Source of the DNA: a virus
Lineage: Duplodnaviria > Caudoviricetes
Length of the DNA stretch: 64,000 bases
Direction: 5' to 3' (one strand)
Virus record (IMG/VR): IMGVR_UViG_2541047519_000001
Span: 5,123 to 69,122 of that record
Under the pieces are notes generated by a model that worked only from the letters and a program-made list of their open reading frames with translations, ran no database searches and was not told where the DNA came from. This document shows, in pieces, positions 1-9,520 of the stretch. Each line of letters begins with the position of its first letter. The first letter of the stretch is position 1. A program made the position numbers and the translations under genes.

Positions 1-1
1 T

Positions 2-592
2 GAATTTAAGATGAACACGCCTTCGCTTTTTACTCAAAAGGGCCAACTATACAAACAGTATCAATTGGCAGACCTGATGATCGAATCCATACAAAATGAT
101 GAACTGTGCATGTTCGTTCTGGCAGGAGAAAAGGAAGTCATCGTTACAGCCGAACTGTTCGGTGTCCCATGGAAAGGCAAGCTAGATGTATATAACCCAG
201 CAGGCGGCCGTTTTGTAGATTTGAAAACAACCCGTTCGTTACGTGACAAGGTATGGGACCCGGAAATAGGATATTGCTCTTTTGTTGAGGCATACGGATA
301 CATCGCTCAGATGGCGCTTTACGCGGAAATTGAAAAACGGATGACCGGGCGCAACGAATGGCTTGAGCCTCTGATAGTGGGAGTGTCTAAAGAAGATCCA
401 CCCGATAAAGCTGTTATCAATATCGACGAGGGCCGAATGGAAGTAGAACTTGAGGATATTGAAAAGCGGATAGAACGCATTCTCCAAGTGAAACACGGAG
501 GGGAAAAGCCAGAGCGGTGTGGGAAATGCAAGTATTGCCGTGTGACAAACCAACTGAACAGCATCATACATTTCTCGGAGTTGATTAGTTGA
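2..592 (+). CDS. PD-(D/E)XK exonuclease-like recombination protein (RecE/DUF3799-like), 5' truncated by window
   Basis: Frame is open from position 2; WKGKLD...FVDLKTT nuclease motif, YGYIAQMALY helix, C-terminal CGKCKYC. Confidence 0.75.
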   Translation, partial: EFKMNTPSLFTQKGQLYKQYQLADLMIESIQNDELCMFVLAGEKEVIVTAELFGVPWKGKLDVYNPAGGRFVDLKTTRSLRDKVWDPEIGYCSFVEAYGYIAQMALYAEIEKRMTGRNEWLEPLIVGVSKEDPPDKAVINIDEGRMEVELEDIEKRIERILQVKHGGEKPERCGKCKYCRVTNQLNSIIHFSELIS

Positions 593-780
593 TGGAGAGG
601 GCAATGATCAAAGTCCCTATCCCTCATTGTTATTTCTGGCTTGTGAAGACTGTCCGACGAGATATGCGAAAAGACTTGTACACCCGATATGTTACTGACT
701 ATCTCAAGAGAAACGAACCGACTTTGAGATTAGTTGAAATAGACTTCAAAGCTTTGACTGCACTGTGTGAAAGGAAGTAG
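589..780 (+). CDS. Phage hypothetical protein
   Basis: 63-aa ORF overlapping the upstream stop, in the phage early operon. Confidence 0.6.
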   Translation: MMERAMIKVPIPHCYFWLVKTVRRDMRKDLYTRYVTDYLKRNEPTLRLVEIDFKALTALCERK

Positions 781-787
781 ATGAGCC

Positions 788-1486
788 ATGAACTATCTTA
801 AAGAAATGAACGGCTTCATGAATTGGCTGGAAACGAATCCGTTATCTGCTACAACTCAAGCATTATGGTTTCATCTTTTGCACATCAACAATAAGGCAGG
901 GTGGCGGGAGTGGTTCACTACTTCCAATACCACTTTGCAAGCAAAGATTGAGATTTCCGAAAACACGTTGATCAAACACAGAAAGATGCTGATTGATCTT
1001 AAAAGAATTGAATACAAGCCGCAGGGAAGGAAGGCCGGGCAATACAGGCTTATCTCATTTGAAAAGCCTGTATCCGAGCAGGAACCGACTGAAAAGCCAG
1101 TTACAGAACCGGCACCAGCACCACAAGAAACGAAGGGGATTGATCCAAAAATGAAAAACGCTTTTGAACTCTTTGAAAATAAAGTCGCCCGCACCATCGG
1201 CCATATGGAAGCGCAGAGAATTGGCTATATGGTGGACGATTATGGCGAAGAGAAGGTCATGGAGGCTATGAAGCTTGCTTTCCGTAATAAAGGGAACACA
1301 GTCGGCTTGGGCTATATTGAAGCGATCCTGTCCAACCCGTTCAGCCAAAAGAGAAAGGAGAAACAGCATGGGGATACACAAAACGCAAAGTACGGACGCA
1401 GCAATGGCGGCAATCCTGAAAGAGCTTCAGGAACGGTCAGCCCGATTTTCGGCGGCCGAGTCGGGCGACTCAGAAAAAAAGGCTGA
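788..1486 (+). CDS. Phage replication initiator, DnaD-domain protein
   Basis: N-terminal wHTH ([17 protein letters not shown]), Pro-rich linker, DnaD-like C domain ([10 protein letters not shown]...YIEAIL); precedes helicase loader. Confidence 0.8.
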   Translation: MNYLKEMNGFMNWLETNPLSATTQALWFHLLHINNKAGWREWFTTSNTTLQAKIEISENTLIKHRKMLIDLKRIEYKPQGRKAGQYRLISFEKPVSEQEPTEKPVTEPAPAPQETKGIDPKMKNAFELFENKVARTIGHMEAQRIGYMVDDYGEEKVMEAMKLAFRNKGNTVGLGYIEAILSNPFSQKRKEKQHGDTQNAKYGRSNGGNPERASGTVSPIFGGRVGRLRKKG

Positions 1487-2198
1487 CTATGACTGCCCTA
1501 CCTGTAAGGATCAATTGGGTTACCTTGAGGACAGGGACGGCTACGAGGTATGGGTCCGGTGTAAATGTGTTGAATGGCGGCGTATCCGAAAATTGATGAA
1601 CTCTAGTGATATAACTGCTGAATTTGAGAAGTTGCAGTTCAAGAATTTCACCAAAGAAGGTAAACCGGATGTGATAGCAGATGCCTATGAATGCGCGGTT
1701 GACTACTACAAGGATTTTGAAAATATACGGGGCGGCCGGAAAAACAGTATGGCTTTGCTCGGGCAGCCGGGATCAGGCAAGACGCATTTACTAACAGCGG
1801 TGGCCAACAAACTCATTAAGTCGAATAACGTGCCGGTTCAATATTTCCCTTACGTCGAAGGATTCAACGATCTGAAAGACGACTTTGACAAGCTGGAAGA
1901 AAAGCTCAAGCGGATGAAGGAAGTCGATGTGCTTTTCATAGACGACCTGTTCAAGCCAGTAGGCGGTAAGCCGCGAGCAACTGAATGGCAATTGGAGCAA
2001 ATGTATTCAGTCATCAATTATCGCTATCTGAATCATAAGCCGATCTTGATATCAAGCGAGTTGGATATTGAGCGAATCGTACAAATAGACGAGGCACTCG
2101 GAACGCGGATTTATGAAATGTGTTCTGACTATATTGTGATTATCGAAGGCGACAAGTTGTTATTAAATCATAGATTGGCAGGGTTGAGAAATGGATGA
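1368..2198 (+). CDS. DnaC/IstB-like AAA+ helicase loader
   Basis: CPTC...CKC zinc motif, Walker A GQPGSGKT, Walker B LFIDD; RBS GAAAGGAG before ATG 1368. Confidence 0.9.
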   Translation: MGIHKTQSTDAAMAAILKELQERSARFSAAESGDSEKKADYDCPTCKDQLGYLEDRDGYEVWVRCKCVEWRRIRKLMNSSDITAEFEKLQFKNFTKEGKPDVIADAYECAVDYYKDFENIRGGRKNSMALLGQPGSGKTHLLTAVANKLIKSNNVPVQYFPYVEGFNDLKDDFDKLEEKLKRMKEVDVLFIDDLFKPVGGKPRATEWQLEQMYSVINYRYLNHKPILISSELDIERIVQIDEALGTRIYEMCSDYIVIIEGDKLLLNHRLAGLRNG

Positions 2199-2334
2199 AA
2201 AAACGAACATTAAAGGATCCGAAGGAATGTATATGTTCGGCCCTGCTGAACAAACATGCGGACAAGACCTTACACCGGCTATCCAGGTGCTTGAGGAAAA
2301 AATAAAGCAAATGGAGTTGATGCGCAGTGCTTAA
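2191..2334 (+). CDS. Small phage hypothetical protein ([10 protein letters not shown]...)
   Basis: Read by hand; overlaps dnaC-like stop; below ORF-track cutoff. Confidence 0.45.
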   Translation: MDEKTNIKGSEGMYMFGPAEQTCGQDLTPAIQVLEEKIKQMELMRSA

Positions 2335-2566
2335 ATCGGTGATTCTGCTGCCAGCCATCATACTTACGGCGCCATACAAAGAAAAGCAGATACAGAAATG
2401 GGAAAGAATTGATGGGAGGTAGGGAGAATGCTGCCGAGAATCTTTTGGGGATTCGCGCTGTTGAACTGGAATATCGGTTTTGAAGTCCTTTCAGTTGGTG
2501 GGATGTGGTTTATAAAATGTACATTCCTTCCTCTTACACTACTAATCAGAATAGGGGAGGATTCAC

Positions 2567-3031
2567 ATGCCAGCAAATAAGTACGGCGCAAGAAAAACAT
2601 GGGTTGACGGTATCAAATTCGACAGCAAAGCTGAATCCCAATACTATTTACAGCTTAAATGGCTCAAGCAGGCGAAGCAGATCAAAGACTTTAAGGTTCA
2701 ACCCCGGTTCCTGCTGCAAGAAGCATTTAAAAAGAACGGTAAAACTTTTCGGAAGATTGAATATATTGCAGATTTCGAGGTTCATAACTTGGACGGCAGC
2801 ATTGAGATTATCGACATCAAGGGCGTTGCGACGGAAAGCTTTAAAATCAAGCGCAAGCTGTATGAACGCCGATACGATACACCCCTCAAGGTGCTTGCTC
2901 ATGATGATTTTTTAGGCTTCATCGAGATGGACGAGCTGAAAAAGCTAAAACCCAAAAGAAAGGCGGGGAAATCCACTGTTAAACGTGGTAATCGCGGACG
3001 ATCGGCCGTTGTGGGTGCGGGAAGAAGATAA
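2567..3031 (+). CDS. DUF1064-family phage nuclease-like protein
   Basis: NKYGARKTWVDGIKFDSKAE start and YIADF...IIDIKG motif; RBS GGAGG. Confidence 0.85.
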   Translation: MPANKYGARKTWVDGIKFDSKAESQYYLQLKWLKQAKQIKDFKVQPRFLLQEAFKKNGKTFRKIEYIADFEVHNLDGSIEIIDIKGVATESFKIKRKLYERRYDTPLKVLAHDDFLGFIEMDELKKLKPKRKAGKSTVKRGNRGRSAVVGAGRR

Positions 3032-3150
3032 GCTTATGGCCTGCATGATGCTCTGTTCTGAATACAAACGATGTGCCAGCCGTATTGGAGCTGATTGCAA
3101 GAAACTCGGTGGTTCAGAAATACCAAAAATCAATTCAGGAGGTCGTTACC

Positions 3151-3315
3151 ATGCAAGAAAACATTAATCCTTACAATCCGGGTCCGGTAAAAGAATGGAA
3201 GATGACGCCGGAGGAATTAGCGGCATATGTCGAAAAGCATCCGATCATCTACCGGGAAGATTTAAAGCCGTCGCCAGCTTTCACAATGGAAAAGTGGAAA
3301 AACGAACCCTATTAA
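3151..3315 (+). CDS. Phage hypothetical protein
   Basis: RBS AGGAGG before ATG 3151; EWKMTPEELAAY motif. Confidence 0.6.
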   Translation: MQENINPYNPGPVKEWKMTPEELAAYVEKHPIIYREDLKPSPAFTMEKWKNEPY

Positions 3316-3395
3316 GCACAAAAAAGCACCGAAGCCGTAGCCCCGATGCTCTGATATGAACTGGTACTTCTATCATAGCACAGGGGGCGGCCAGA

Positions 3396-3599
3396 GTGAA
3401 CAAGCCAACAGAAATAAAAAACTATGAAACAACTATTCAGCAGAGCATTGAGCCGGGGAAAGTCCGCATCATCGTTTTAGATGGGACCGATGGAACAGCC
3501 CATTTAATGGACGCCCCGGAACACGGTGAAACAATCATTCAAACAATTAAGGGCGGTCTGTCTCGTTTAGATTATAGGATCGGCCACAAATTCAAATAG
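3396..3599 (+). CDS. XtrA/YqaO-family protein
   Basis: PGKVRIIVLDG...APEHGETIIQT resembles PBSX XtrA / skin YqaO. Confidence 0.7.
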   Translation: MNKPTEIKNYETTIQQSIEPGKVRIIVLDGTDGTAHLMDAPEHGETIIQTIKGGLSRLDYRIGHKFK

Positions 3600-3631
3600 C
3601 AGGGGCTTTCCCCTGCGGGGGAGGAACAAGC

Positions 3632-4078
3632 ATGAATAAATTGGAGGAAGTTAAAAAATTTGATATTACCATCTTCACTAGTTGGTTAAAGAAATACGCC
3701 GAATGCGGGGAAGGGTTAGGAAAAGCTTGGCACTTTCTGATTGAACAAGCTGAACTGGCTGAAAAGCGTCAGGAAATCATTGAGGAATACAAACGCCAGC
3801 AGGATGTAACGGTTCATCAATTCCGGCAGGCTCAGGAAGAGATTCAGCGGCTTAAATGTGAGAATGGCAATTTCAGAAGGTTGCTTGCTACTTTCACAGA
3901 TGAAGAGGATGACCCTTATATGGTATATGACACGCAAAGCGAAGATGTGGAATTCCACGGCACAATGAAAAGCGCGGAAAAAGATTTTGAGTGCGCTATG
4001 GATGGATTAGATAACGGGGAAACAGCTTATATTTTGAAAGTGATAAAAGTGTTTACACCGAAGGGGGAAGCTGAATGA
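3632..4078 (+). CDS. Phage hypothetical coiled-coil protein
   Basis: 148-aa ORF with RBS GGAGG. Confidence 0.6.
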   Translation: MNKLEEVKKFDITIFTSWLKKYAECGEGLGKAWHFLIEQAELAEKRQEIIEEYKRQQDVTVHQFRQAQEEIQRLKCENGNFRRLLATFTDEEDDPYMVYDTQSEDVEFHGTMKSAEKDFECAMDGLDNGETAYILKVIKVFTPKGEAE

Positions 4079-4332
4079 TACCTTTACAAGTTGAGCTTCA
4101 GCGGGCAGTCAAATCCACGAAAGATGAAGCGATGACAGTTGAGCAGGCTGCGGAATATCTAAAAGTACATCCAGATGACATACCGGTGCTCGTAGCAAAG
4201 TCAGACGATCTGAAATTGATCGGCGATGAAACAATCATTGCAAAGCGTGATAAGACAAATGTTTGGCTCCTTGGGGCAATTGCAGTGGTTTTATTCTTTA
4301 CGTTTGCGGTTCTGCCGGGGATAGGGGGATGA
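4075..4332 (+). CDS. Xis-like HTH protein with C-terminal transmembrane helix
   Basis: MTVEQAAEYLKVHP HTH-like segment; hydrophobic tail WLLGAIAVVLFFTFAVLP. Confidence 0.55.
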   Translation: MIPLQVELQRAVKSTKDEAMTVEQAAEYLKVHPDDIPVLVAKSDDLKLIGDETIIAKRDKTNVWLLGAIAVVLFFTFAVLPGIGG

Positions 4333-4449
4333 CAGCGTGATCGAATACAGCTGCCCTGAATGTGGTCACAACGAATTAGATATAAAAATCCGCCCAGATG
4401 CCTGCTGCCCGAAATGCGGCTGCAGCATGGGCGTTGAGGAGGAAATAGC

Positions 4450-5007
4450 GTGAATCTAGAAAAAATGTATGAAATGCAAAAGGCGCTTGATAAACGGATC
4501 ATCAAAGAGAAGGGGCTGGAAGGTCAGGACTTGCTGCCAAACCTCATTCTTGCTTTACAGGTGGAACTGGCCGAGTGTGCGAATGAATGGCGCGGCTTTA
4601 AGCATTGGAGTAATGACCGGGAGCCTAGAATTTGTGTAATAGATAAAAAGGGACAGACAGCAAAAGAATATTATAAAAACCCACTGCTTGAGGAATATGT
4701 GGACTGCCTTCACTTTATCCTGAGCATTGGCAATCGATTGGGAATAAACGATTCAGACACAATATGTGATATTCATTCTGAATATCTGAGGACTATTAAC
4801 GGCTCAAATACGGCAAAACTTTTTTCTTTCCTTTTTTCAATTTCATATTCACTGATACACAGAAATTTAGATAAAGAGACATATATCAATTTATTTACAA
4901 GCTTCTTTACTCTTGGTGAGCAACTTGGCTTCACAGGGGAGCAAGTTGAAGCAGCATACATGGAGAAAAACGCCGTCAATCATCAGCGGCAACAGGAGGG
5001 GTATTGA
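4450..5007 (+). CDS. dut: Dimeric (all-alpha) dUTPase
   Basis: MQKALD, ELAECANEWRGFKHW, LEEYVDCLHFILS, YMEKNAVNHQRQ motifs. Confidence 0.9.
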   Translation: MNLEKMYEMQKALDKRIIKEKGLEGQDLLPNLILALQVELAECANEWRGFKHWSNDREPRICVIDKKGQTAKEYYKNPLLEEYVDCLHFILSIGNRLGINDSDTICDIHSEYLRTINGSNTAKLFSFLFSISYSLIHRNLDKETYINLFTSFFTLGEQLGFTGEQVEAAYMEKNAVNHQRQQEGY

Positions 5008-5387
5008 TGAGCACAGCATACAGAGTTTGGGACGGACAGCAGATGCATTATTGGGATGATGAAGGGATGAGCCTAACCATCAAAAATAACGGCGATTGGA
5101 CTTTGAAACGTTTATACAGAGATGTTTGGGTTCCCGTTGTAGACAGCACGAATAGAAACGCGGCTCTCATGTGGGGAACAGGGTTGAAGGATAAGAACGA
5201 AAAAACGATTTATGACAAGGATTCAATTTTAGATCATGGCACTGATACAAGATCAATTGTTAGGTACGACAATGAACAAGCTGGATTTTATCTCGATTTA
5301 GGAATCGGCGGCGCTTTTATGGTGGGCGATCTTGAAGTTATCGGAGACGCATATCAAAATCCTGAGTTATTGGAGGGGGCGGAGTGA
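5004..5387 (+). CDS. YopX-family protein
   Basis: YRVWD...LMWGTGLKDKNEKTIYDKD...LEVIGDAYQNPELL. Confidence 0.85.
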   Translation: MMSTAYRVWDGQQMHYWDDEGMSLTIKNNGDWTLKRLYRDVWVPVVDSTNRNAALMWGTGLKDKNEKTIYDKDSILDHGTDTRSIVRYDNEQAGFYLDLGIGGAFMVGDLEVIGDAYQNPELLEGAE

Positions 5388-5569
5388 GTAATTTGTCGCA
5401 AGAGCAAATAAACGCAGATTTATTCAACGAAGTCCTGCGGCTGAAAAGGAAATCTAGGGTTGATGACGAAGAAATTCGGCGGCTGAAGGAAGAGAATCGG
5501 GAATTAAGATTGAAAATAGAAGATTGTACTTGTTTCAGATATGTAGAAGATGAGGAGGGCGCGGAGTGA
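5384..5569 (+). CDS. Phage hypothetical protein
   Basis: Coupled ORF (GTGA overlap) with RBS. Confidence 0.55.
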   Translation: MSNLSQEQINADLFNEVLRLKRKSRVDDEEIRRLKEENRELRLKIEDCTCFRYVEDEEGAE

Positions 5570-5790
5570 ACTCTCATGAATTAATAATGAAGCTACGAGA
5601 ACGACACCAAATGGATATTTACTCATCAAACGAACAATGGTGTGTACAACTTTTCGAACTTGATATTTGTCCCAATGACATCGGAATTTCTTGTGAATTT
5701 GAAACAAGTGACGAAAGTTTACACGACGCTCTCACAGAAGCGTTGGAATGGTCTTCTGACAGACAATATAGAAAAGGGGAATGGCAATGA
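5566..5790 (+). CDS. Phage hypothetical protein
   Basis: Coupled ORF (GTGA overlap) with RBS. Confidence 0.55.
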   Translation: MNSHELIMKLRERHQMDIYSSNEQWCVQLFELDICPNDIGISCEFETSDESLHDALTEALEWSSDRQYRKGEWQ

Positions 5791-6221
5791 AAAAGCTATT
5801 TAAATCAATCATTCTATCAGCAGTATTACTTACGGGAGCCGCGGCCGTTGCGCCGTCTGCTTCCGCCGCATGGTCCGGTTGGCAAAATGAATCCGGGTAC
5901 AGCGGCCGGGTGTTTACGGATGCCGCGACATACACGACCGGCGCCTCAACGGTGGACTGGAAAGCCGAGAAAAAAGGATCAAGAACACTTTATTACACGG
6001 CCGGCGTATACAAGAAGCGCAGCGGCGGCGGGCTGACTGATACGAATTTAGTACAGCGGGGCAGCTTCAAAACGGCAACGCCTCTGAAATCATTCAACGT
6101 GAAAACGATCCGGAATAAGACCGGGAAAGGAACCTATGTCATCCAGCTTGACTGCTATTCTGATTCCGGCAAGCGGAACTATATCGGAACATTTGAATCA
6201 GCAAAATTTTACGTGAAGTAA
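5787..6221 (+). CDS. Secreted hypothetical protein
   Basis: Sec signal peptide MKKLFKSIILSAVLLTGAAAVAPSASA with AxA cleavage site. Confidence 0.7.
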   Translation: MKKLFKSIILSAVLLTGAAAVAPSASAAWSGWQNESGYSGRVFTDAATYTTGASTVDWKAEKKGSRTLYYTAGVYKKRSGGGLTDTNLVQRGSFKTATPLKSFNVKTIRNKTGKGTYVIQLDCYSDSGKRNYIGTFESAKFYVK

Positions 6222-6254
6222 TCAAAAATCAATATGTCCAAGACGGAGAGCCTG

Positions 6255-6309
6255 CGGACACTGATCAATGTACAGAGAAAATCTGTGCTTTGGTTGGTGT
6301 CCGTTTTTT
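6255..6309 (+). terminator. Long bulged hairpin with T-tract (terminator or attenuator)
   Basis: 6255-6267 pairs with 6291-6303, inner stem 6270-6276 with 6282-6288, followed by T6. Confidence 0.65.
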
Positions 6310-6327
6310 GTTATCAGGAGGGATGAC

Positions 6328-6456
6328 ATGAAGAAGGAAAAGAAAAAGCCCAATAAAAACGCGCAGGAGCAATCTGAACGCTTTTGGCGGCAAATGATGG
6401 GCACTGACAGGCAAACGCTGAAACGGGGCAAGGGCGGCGCATATAAACGCAAATAA
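6328..6456 (+). CDS. Small basic phage protein
   Basis: RBS AGGAGG; [10 protein letters not shown]...FWRQMMG...KGGAYKRK. Confidence 0.6.
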   Translation: MKKEKKKPNKNAQEQSERFWRQMMGTDRQTLKRGKGGAYKRK

Positions 6457-6470
6457 AGGGAGGAATTATT

Positions 6471-6935
6471 ATGACAGATCAAATGATAGCTTGGCAGGTT
6501 GAAGAATGGATTAGAGATTATGATTTTATGTTGCGGGAGATTAAGAGATTGAACCGTATTCTCAATAAAGTGGACTTTGCAGGCGGCCAGAAGATGACAG
6601 CAACTTACGGAGATGAAGCTGCTATGCCTAAAGGATCAGGTGGAACCAGTCAGGCAGAATTGCGCCAGATGGACCGTAGAGAAAAGCGGCTCCACAAATA
6701 CGAATCAATTGTTCATTATCTGGACAATGCTATGGAGAATTTGGAGGAAGAAAAGCACCGGATCGTTTATGACTGCATGATGGAAGGTATGAGCTATACA
6801 GCTATTGCAAACCATCTTGATTGCTCTCGGGATACTGTCAGAAAGATCAAGACGTCAATAATCGTCAACATCGTCAATAAAGTCAAAGAAGTCAACTTTC
6901 TGCAATATTTGAACTCGTTTAAATCGGCGGTGTAA
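6471..6935 (+). CDS. Late transcription activator (ArpU/RinA/sigma-70 region 4-like)
   Basis: C-terminal [25 protein letters not shown]; located just before the packaging module. Confidence 0.75.
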   Translation: MTDQMIAWQVEEWIRDYDFMLREIKRLNRILNKVDFAGGQKMTATYGDEAAMPKGSGGTSQAELRQMDRREKRLHKYESIVHYLDNAMENLEEEKHRIVYDCMMEGMSYTAIANHLDCSRDTVRKIKTSIIVNIVNKVKEVNFLQYLNSFKSAV

Positions 6936-7105
6936 AATGGAAGGCAGGACGGGGAGGAAAAATATTCCGCGTCACCACAACATAAAATATAGTGATCCAA
7001 GAGCTCTATGCCCTTATTGGGTGTAGGGCTTTCGTTCGACAAATTTTGCATATAGTTCCTTTGTCACACTCCTTAACCGATAATAAGGTGGGGGAGGTGA
7101 ATAAT

Positions 7106-7369
7106 TTGGAAAATTTAATTCAATCTGTTGATTGGAAGTATATTGATCAACATTCGAATGCTATTTTTTTGATTGAAGAAAACGGCTGTATTGAAATTAC
7201 GGAAGAATTTAAGAAAGAAGAAATGCTATTAACAAACAGTTTCGTTAGATACAACGTGAACCAATACAATAGTTTCGGTTCTGTAAGTTATTATAAGATC
7301 GTTGAAAAAGTGTTGTCACCAAAAGAAAATTTGCTTATTTTTGCAGAAAGAACCTCAAGGCAATTATAA
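7106..7369 (+). CDS. AT-rich hypothetical moron protein
   Basis: RBS GGAGGTG before TTG 7106; own terminator. Confidence 0.55.
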   Translation: MENLIQSVDWKYIDQHSNAIFLIEENGCIEITEEFKKEEMLLTNSFVRYNVNQYNSFGSVSYYKIVEKVLSPKENLLIFAERTSRQL

Positions 7370-7377
7370 AATCTCAG

Positions 7378-7402
7378 AAAGCATCCTTCGGGGTGCTTTT
7401 TT
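7378..7402 (+). terminator. Intrinsic terminator
   Basis: AAAGCATCC-TTCG-GGGTGCTTT plus T-run. Confidence 0.85.
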
Positions 7403-7412
7403 ATGTTCTCTG

Positions 7413-7480
7413 TAAACTGTTTCCGGTAAGTCTCAGGATAGACAATCGGCGGTTAACGACCTGAGTGCGGTAGCAGTTTA
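7413..7480 (+). ncRNA. Candidate structured RNA or leader element
   Basis: Nested stems 7413-7425/7468-7480 and 7432-7437/7460-7465 in non-coding DNA, no T-tract. Confidence 0.35.
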
Positions 7481-7507
7481 GAAAGAATATGGAGGAGGAC
7501 GAAGCAA

Positions 7508-7696
7508 ATGAAAGTATTGGTTATTAAAACGGATGTACCTCTCGATAGAGAAGCAAAAGAAAAAATGCGTGAAGAAGTTAAGAGGGGTATTGAAACAGGA
7601 GTTGTGGTTCTTGATCCAGGTATGGACCTGACACTGGTTGAAGTTGATGAACTCCAAGATGTTAATGAATACGCATTTAAAAGGATAGAGGGATGA
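7508..7696 (+). CDS. Phage hypothetical protein
   Basis: RBS GGAGG; 62 aa. Confidence 0.6.
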   Translation: MKVLVIKTDVPLDREAKEKMREEVKRGIETGVVVLDPGMDLTLVEVDELQDVNEYAFKRIEG

Positions 7697-7699
7697 AGC

Positions 7700-8014
7700 A
7701 TGAAACCTTTTAGCAAATGCGAACAATGTGGCGAAGAACATCACATCGTGTTACTTGAGCACAAAAAAGAAAATAGTGTCGTGGTTGGATTCATTCAATG
7801 CCCATCATGCCAGCATAAAACGGTTTGCTCTGTGACAACGCCTCTTATTAGATCGCTTCAAAAGAGGATAAGAACAATAAGAAACCAATATGGAAAAGCA
7901 AAAAGACTAAAAAAAGCAGAGCGTCTGTTTGCTGAATATGAAAAGGTGAACGCTCAAATAAAGATACTCATGCAGCCGATGGTTGATCAAGAGAATAATA
8001 TAATAAATCAGTAA
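7700..8014 (+). CDS. Zinc-ribbon hypothetical protein
   Basis: CEQC...CPSC then basic coiled coil. Confidence 0.6.
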   Translation: MKPFSKCEQCGEEHHIVLLEHKKENSVVVGFIQCPSCQHKTVCSVTTPLIRSLQKRIRTIRNQYGKAKRLKKAERLFAEYEKVNAQIKILMQPMVDQENNIINQ

Positions 8015-8062
8015 CGTCTTTCTGTTCGTCGGGAAGGCGTTTTACTTTTAAAGGAGGTCACT

Positions 8063-8431
8063 ATGCTACTTGGTGAGGAATTACGCTTAATAACTTATAA
8101 CACTGCCATAAAGCATAATATAACCACCTCAATGGTACATCAGGGTTTGTACCAATTGCGTGTCTCGGGGTGCCCATGGCAGGATGCTGATATTGTAGAG
8201 GCCTTGGGGGACCTTGGTGACTATGGTCTGCATAACCTATTAGCAGTTGAACGTATTGCACGTATAAGTGAAATGCATCCATACAGCAGAGTTAAAGGAT
8301 TACTACATCACTCTTATCAGAGTTTAGGGATTAAGGAGAGAGATGAGAAAGGAGAGTTTATAGCACCAAAGTTGTTATGGAAAGAGAACTTTTTCAGTAG
8401 GGATGAGCGAGGTGAAGGGAATGCCCCTTAA
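8063..8431 (+). CDS. Hypothetical protein
   Basis: RBS AAGGAGG; 122 aa. Confidence 0.55.
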   Translation: MLLGEELRLITYNTAIKHNITTSMVHQGLYQLRVSGCPWQDADIVEALGDLGDYGLHNLLAVERIARISEMHPYSRVKGLLHHSYQSLGIKERDEKGEFIAPKLLWKENFFSRDERGEGNAP

Positions 8432-8789
8432 GCCCATGAGAATATGCGCCGCCCCTGGGTGCCCCAGCCTCACCCGTAGTCGGTACTGCGACGCACACAA
8501 GACACAGCAACAAGAAGAAACAAAACATTACAACAAACATTCAAGAAACAAAACAATAACAAGTTTTTATAAATCAAGAGATTGGAAACGAACAAGACAA
8601 CTTGCTTTGATACGAGACAATTATCTTTGTCAGCATTGTTTGAAAGAGCATTGCTTCACTCCGGCTGACATGGTGCATCATATTGTGGAAGTAAAGGACG
8701 ACTGGTCGAAAAGATTGGACTTAGACAACCTTGTAAGCTTGTGTAACGCCTGTCACAACAAGGTTCATGGCGGCGGTAAGGGCAAGTAG
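8421..8789 (+). CDS. HNH endonuclease, terminase-associated (HK97 gp74-like)
   Basis: CQHC...VHHIVEVK...NLVSLCNACHNKVH; immediately upstream of small terminase. Confidence 0.9.
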   Translation: MPLKPMRICAAPGCPSLTRSRYCDAHKTQQQEETKHYNKHSRNKTITSFYKSRDWKRTRQLALIRDNYLCQHCLKEHCFTPADMVHHIVEVKDDWSKRLDLDNLVSLCNACHNKVHGGGKGK

Positions 8790-8885
8790 ACCCTCCCCCT
8801 ATCCAAATCTCCGGAAAGGAAACGTTTGGAGAACGGAGCCCCCTCTTCTGTAAACAAACACCGCTTTTCAAAGTTCCGGAAAAAC
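8790..8885. other. Candidate cos packaging region
   Basis: Intergenic position between HNH and small terminase; C-rich CCCTCCCCC and CGGAGCCCCC blocks, two TCCGGA palindromes. Confidence 0.35.
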
Positions 8886-9004
8886 AAAATACCCTCCCGG
8901 CAAATTCACCGAGAGGGCTTGGTACGACTGGTTTTGTGGTTGATTTCATCGTATCACGGTTTAAGAAAAAAACAAGCAAAAAATGATAGAAATGAGGTGA
9001 GAAC

Positions 9005-9520
9005 ATGCCGAGAGCTGCAAAATCCGCGACGCTTCAATTAATACAAGGCAATCCGAATAAAAAGAATACGGAAGAGCTGGCCGCCCGCGCTGAATACGAA
9101 AAAAAGATGAAAATGAGGTCCGAGAATATTAAAGCGCCGACCTGGTTAGATAAAGAGGGAAAGAAAGAGTTTAAAAGAGTTTCTGCTTTATTATCTGAGG
9201 TGGAGATCATTACGGAAGCAGACATCAGCATGTTGGCCGCCTATTGCAATGCCTATTCTCAGTATATTGCCATATCCAAAGTGATTGAGAAAGACGGAAT
9301 CATGATCCATACGGAAGGACAGGATGAAGACGGCCAGCCAGTAAAATTAGTTGGTGAAGAACATCCTCTGTTAAAGCGGCAAAAGAATTTCTACGATCAA
9401 ATGAAATCAGCTGCAAACGACTTCGGCCTTACACCGTCTGCCCGGGCAAAACTCGCCATCACCCGCACACAGGAAGAACGGGAGAAAACAGCTGCAGAAA
9501 AGGAGTTTAAAAACGTATGA
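9005..9520 (+). CDS. Terminase small subunit, P27 family
   Basis: QGNPNKK, APTWLD, LAAYCNAYS, HPLL, FGLTPSARAKL. Confidence 0.92.
   Translation: MPRAAKSATLQLIQGNPNKKNTEELAARAEYEKKMKMRSENIKAPTWLDKEGKKEFKRVSALLSEVEIITEADISMLAAYCNAYSQYIAISKVIEKDGIMIHTEGQDEDGQPVKLVGEEHPLLKRQKNFYDQMKSAANDFGLTPSARAKLAITRTQEEREKTAAEKEFKNV

Noticed and set aside
1275-1367. ORF-track start for the helicase loader
   Set aside because: The RBS supports ATG 1368 instead.
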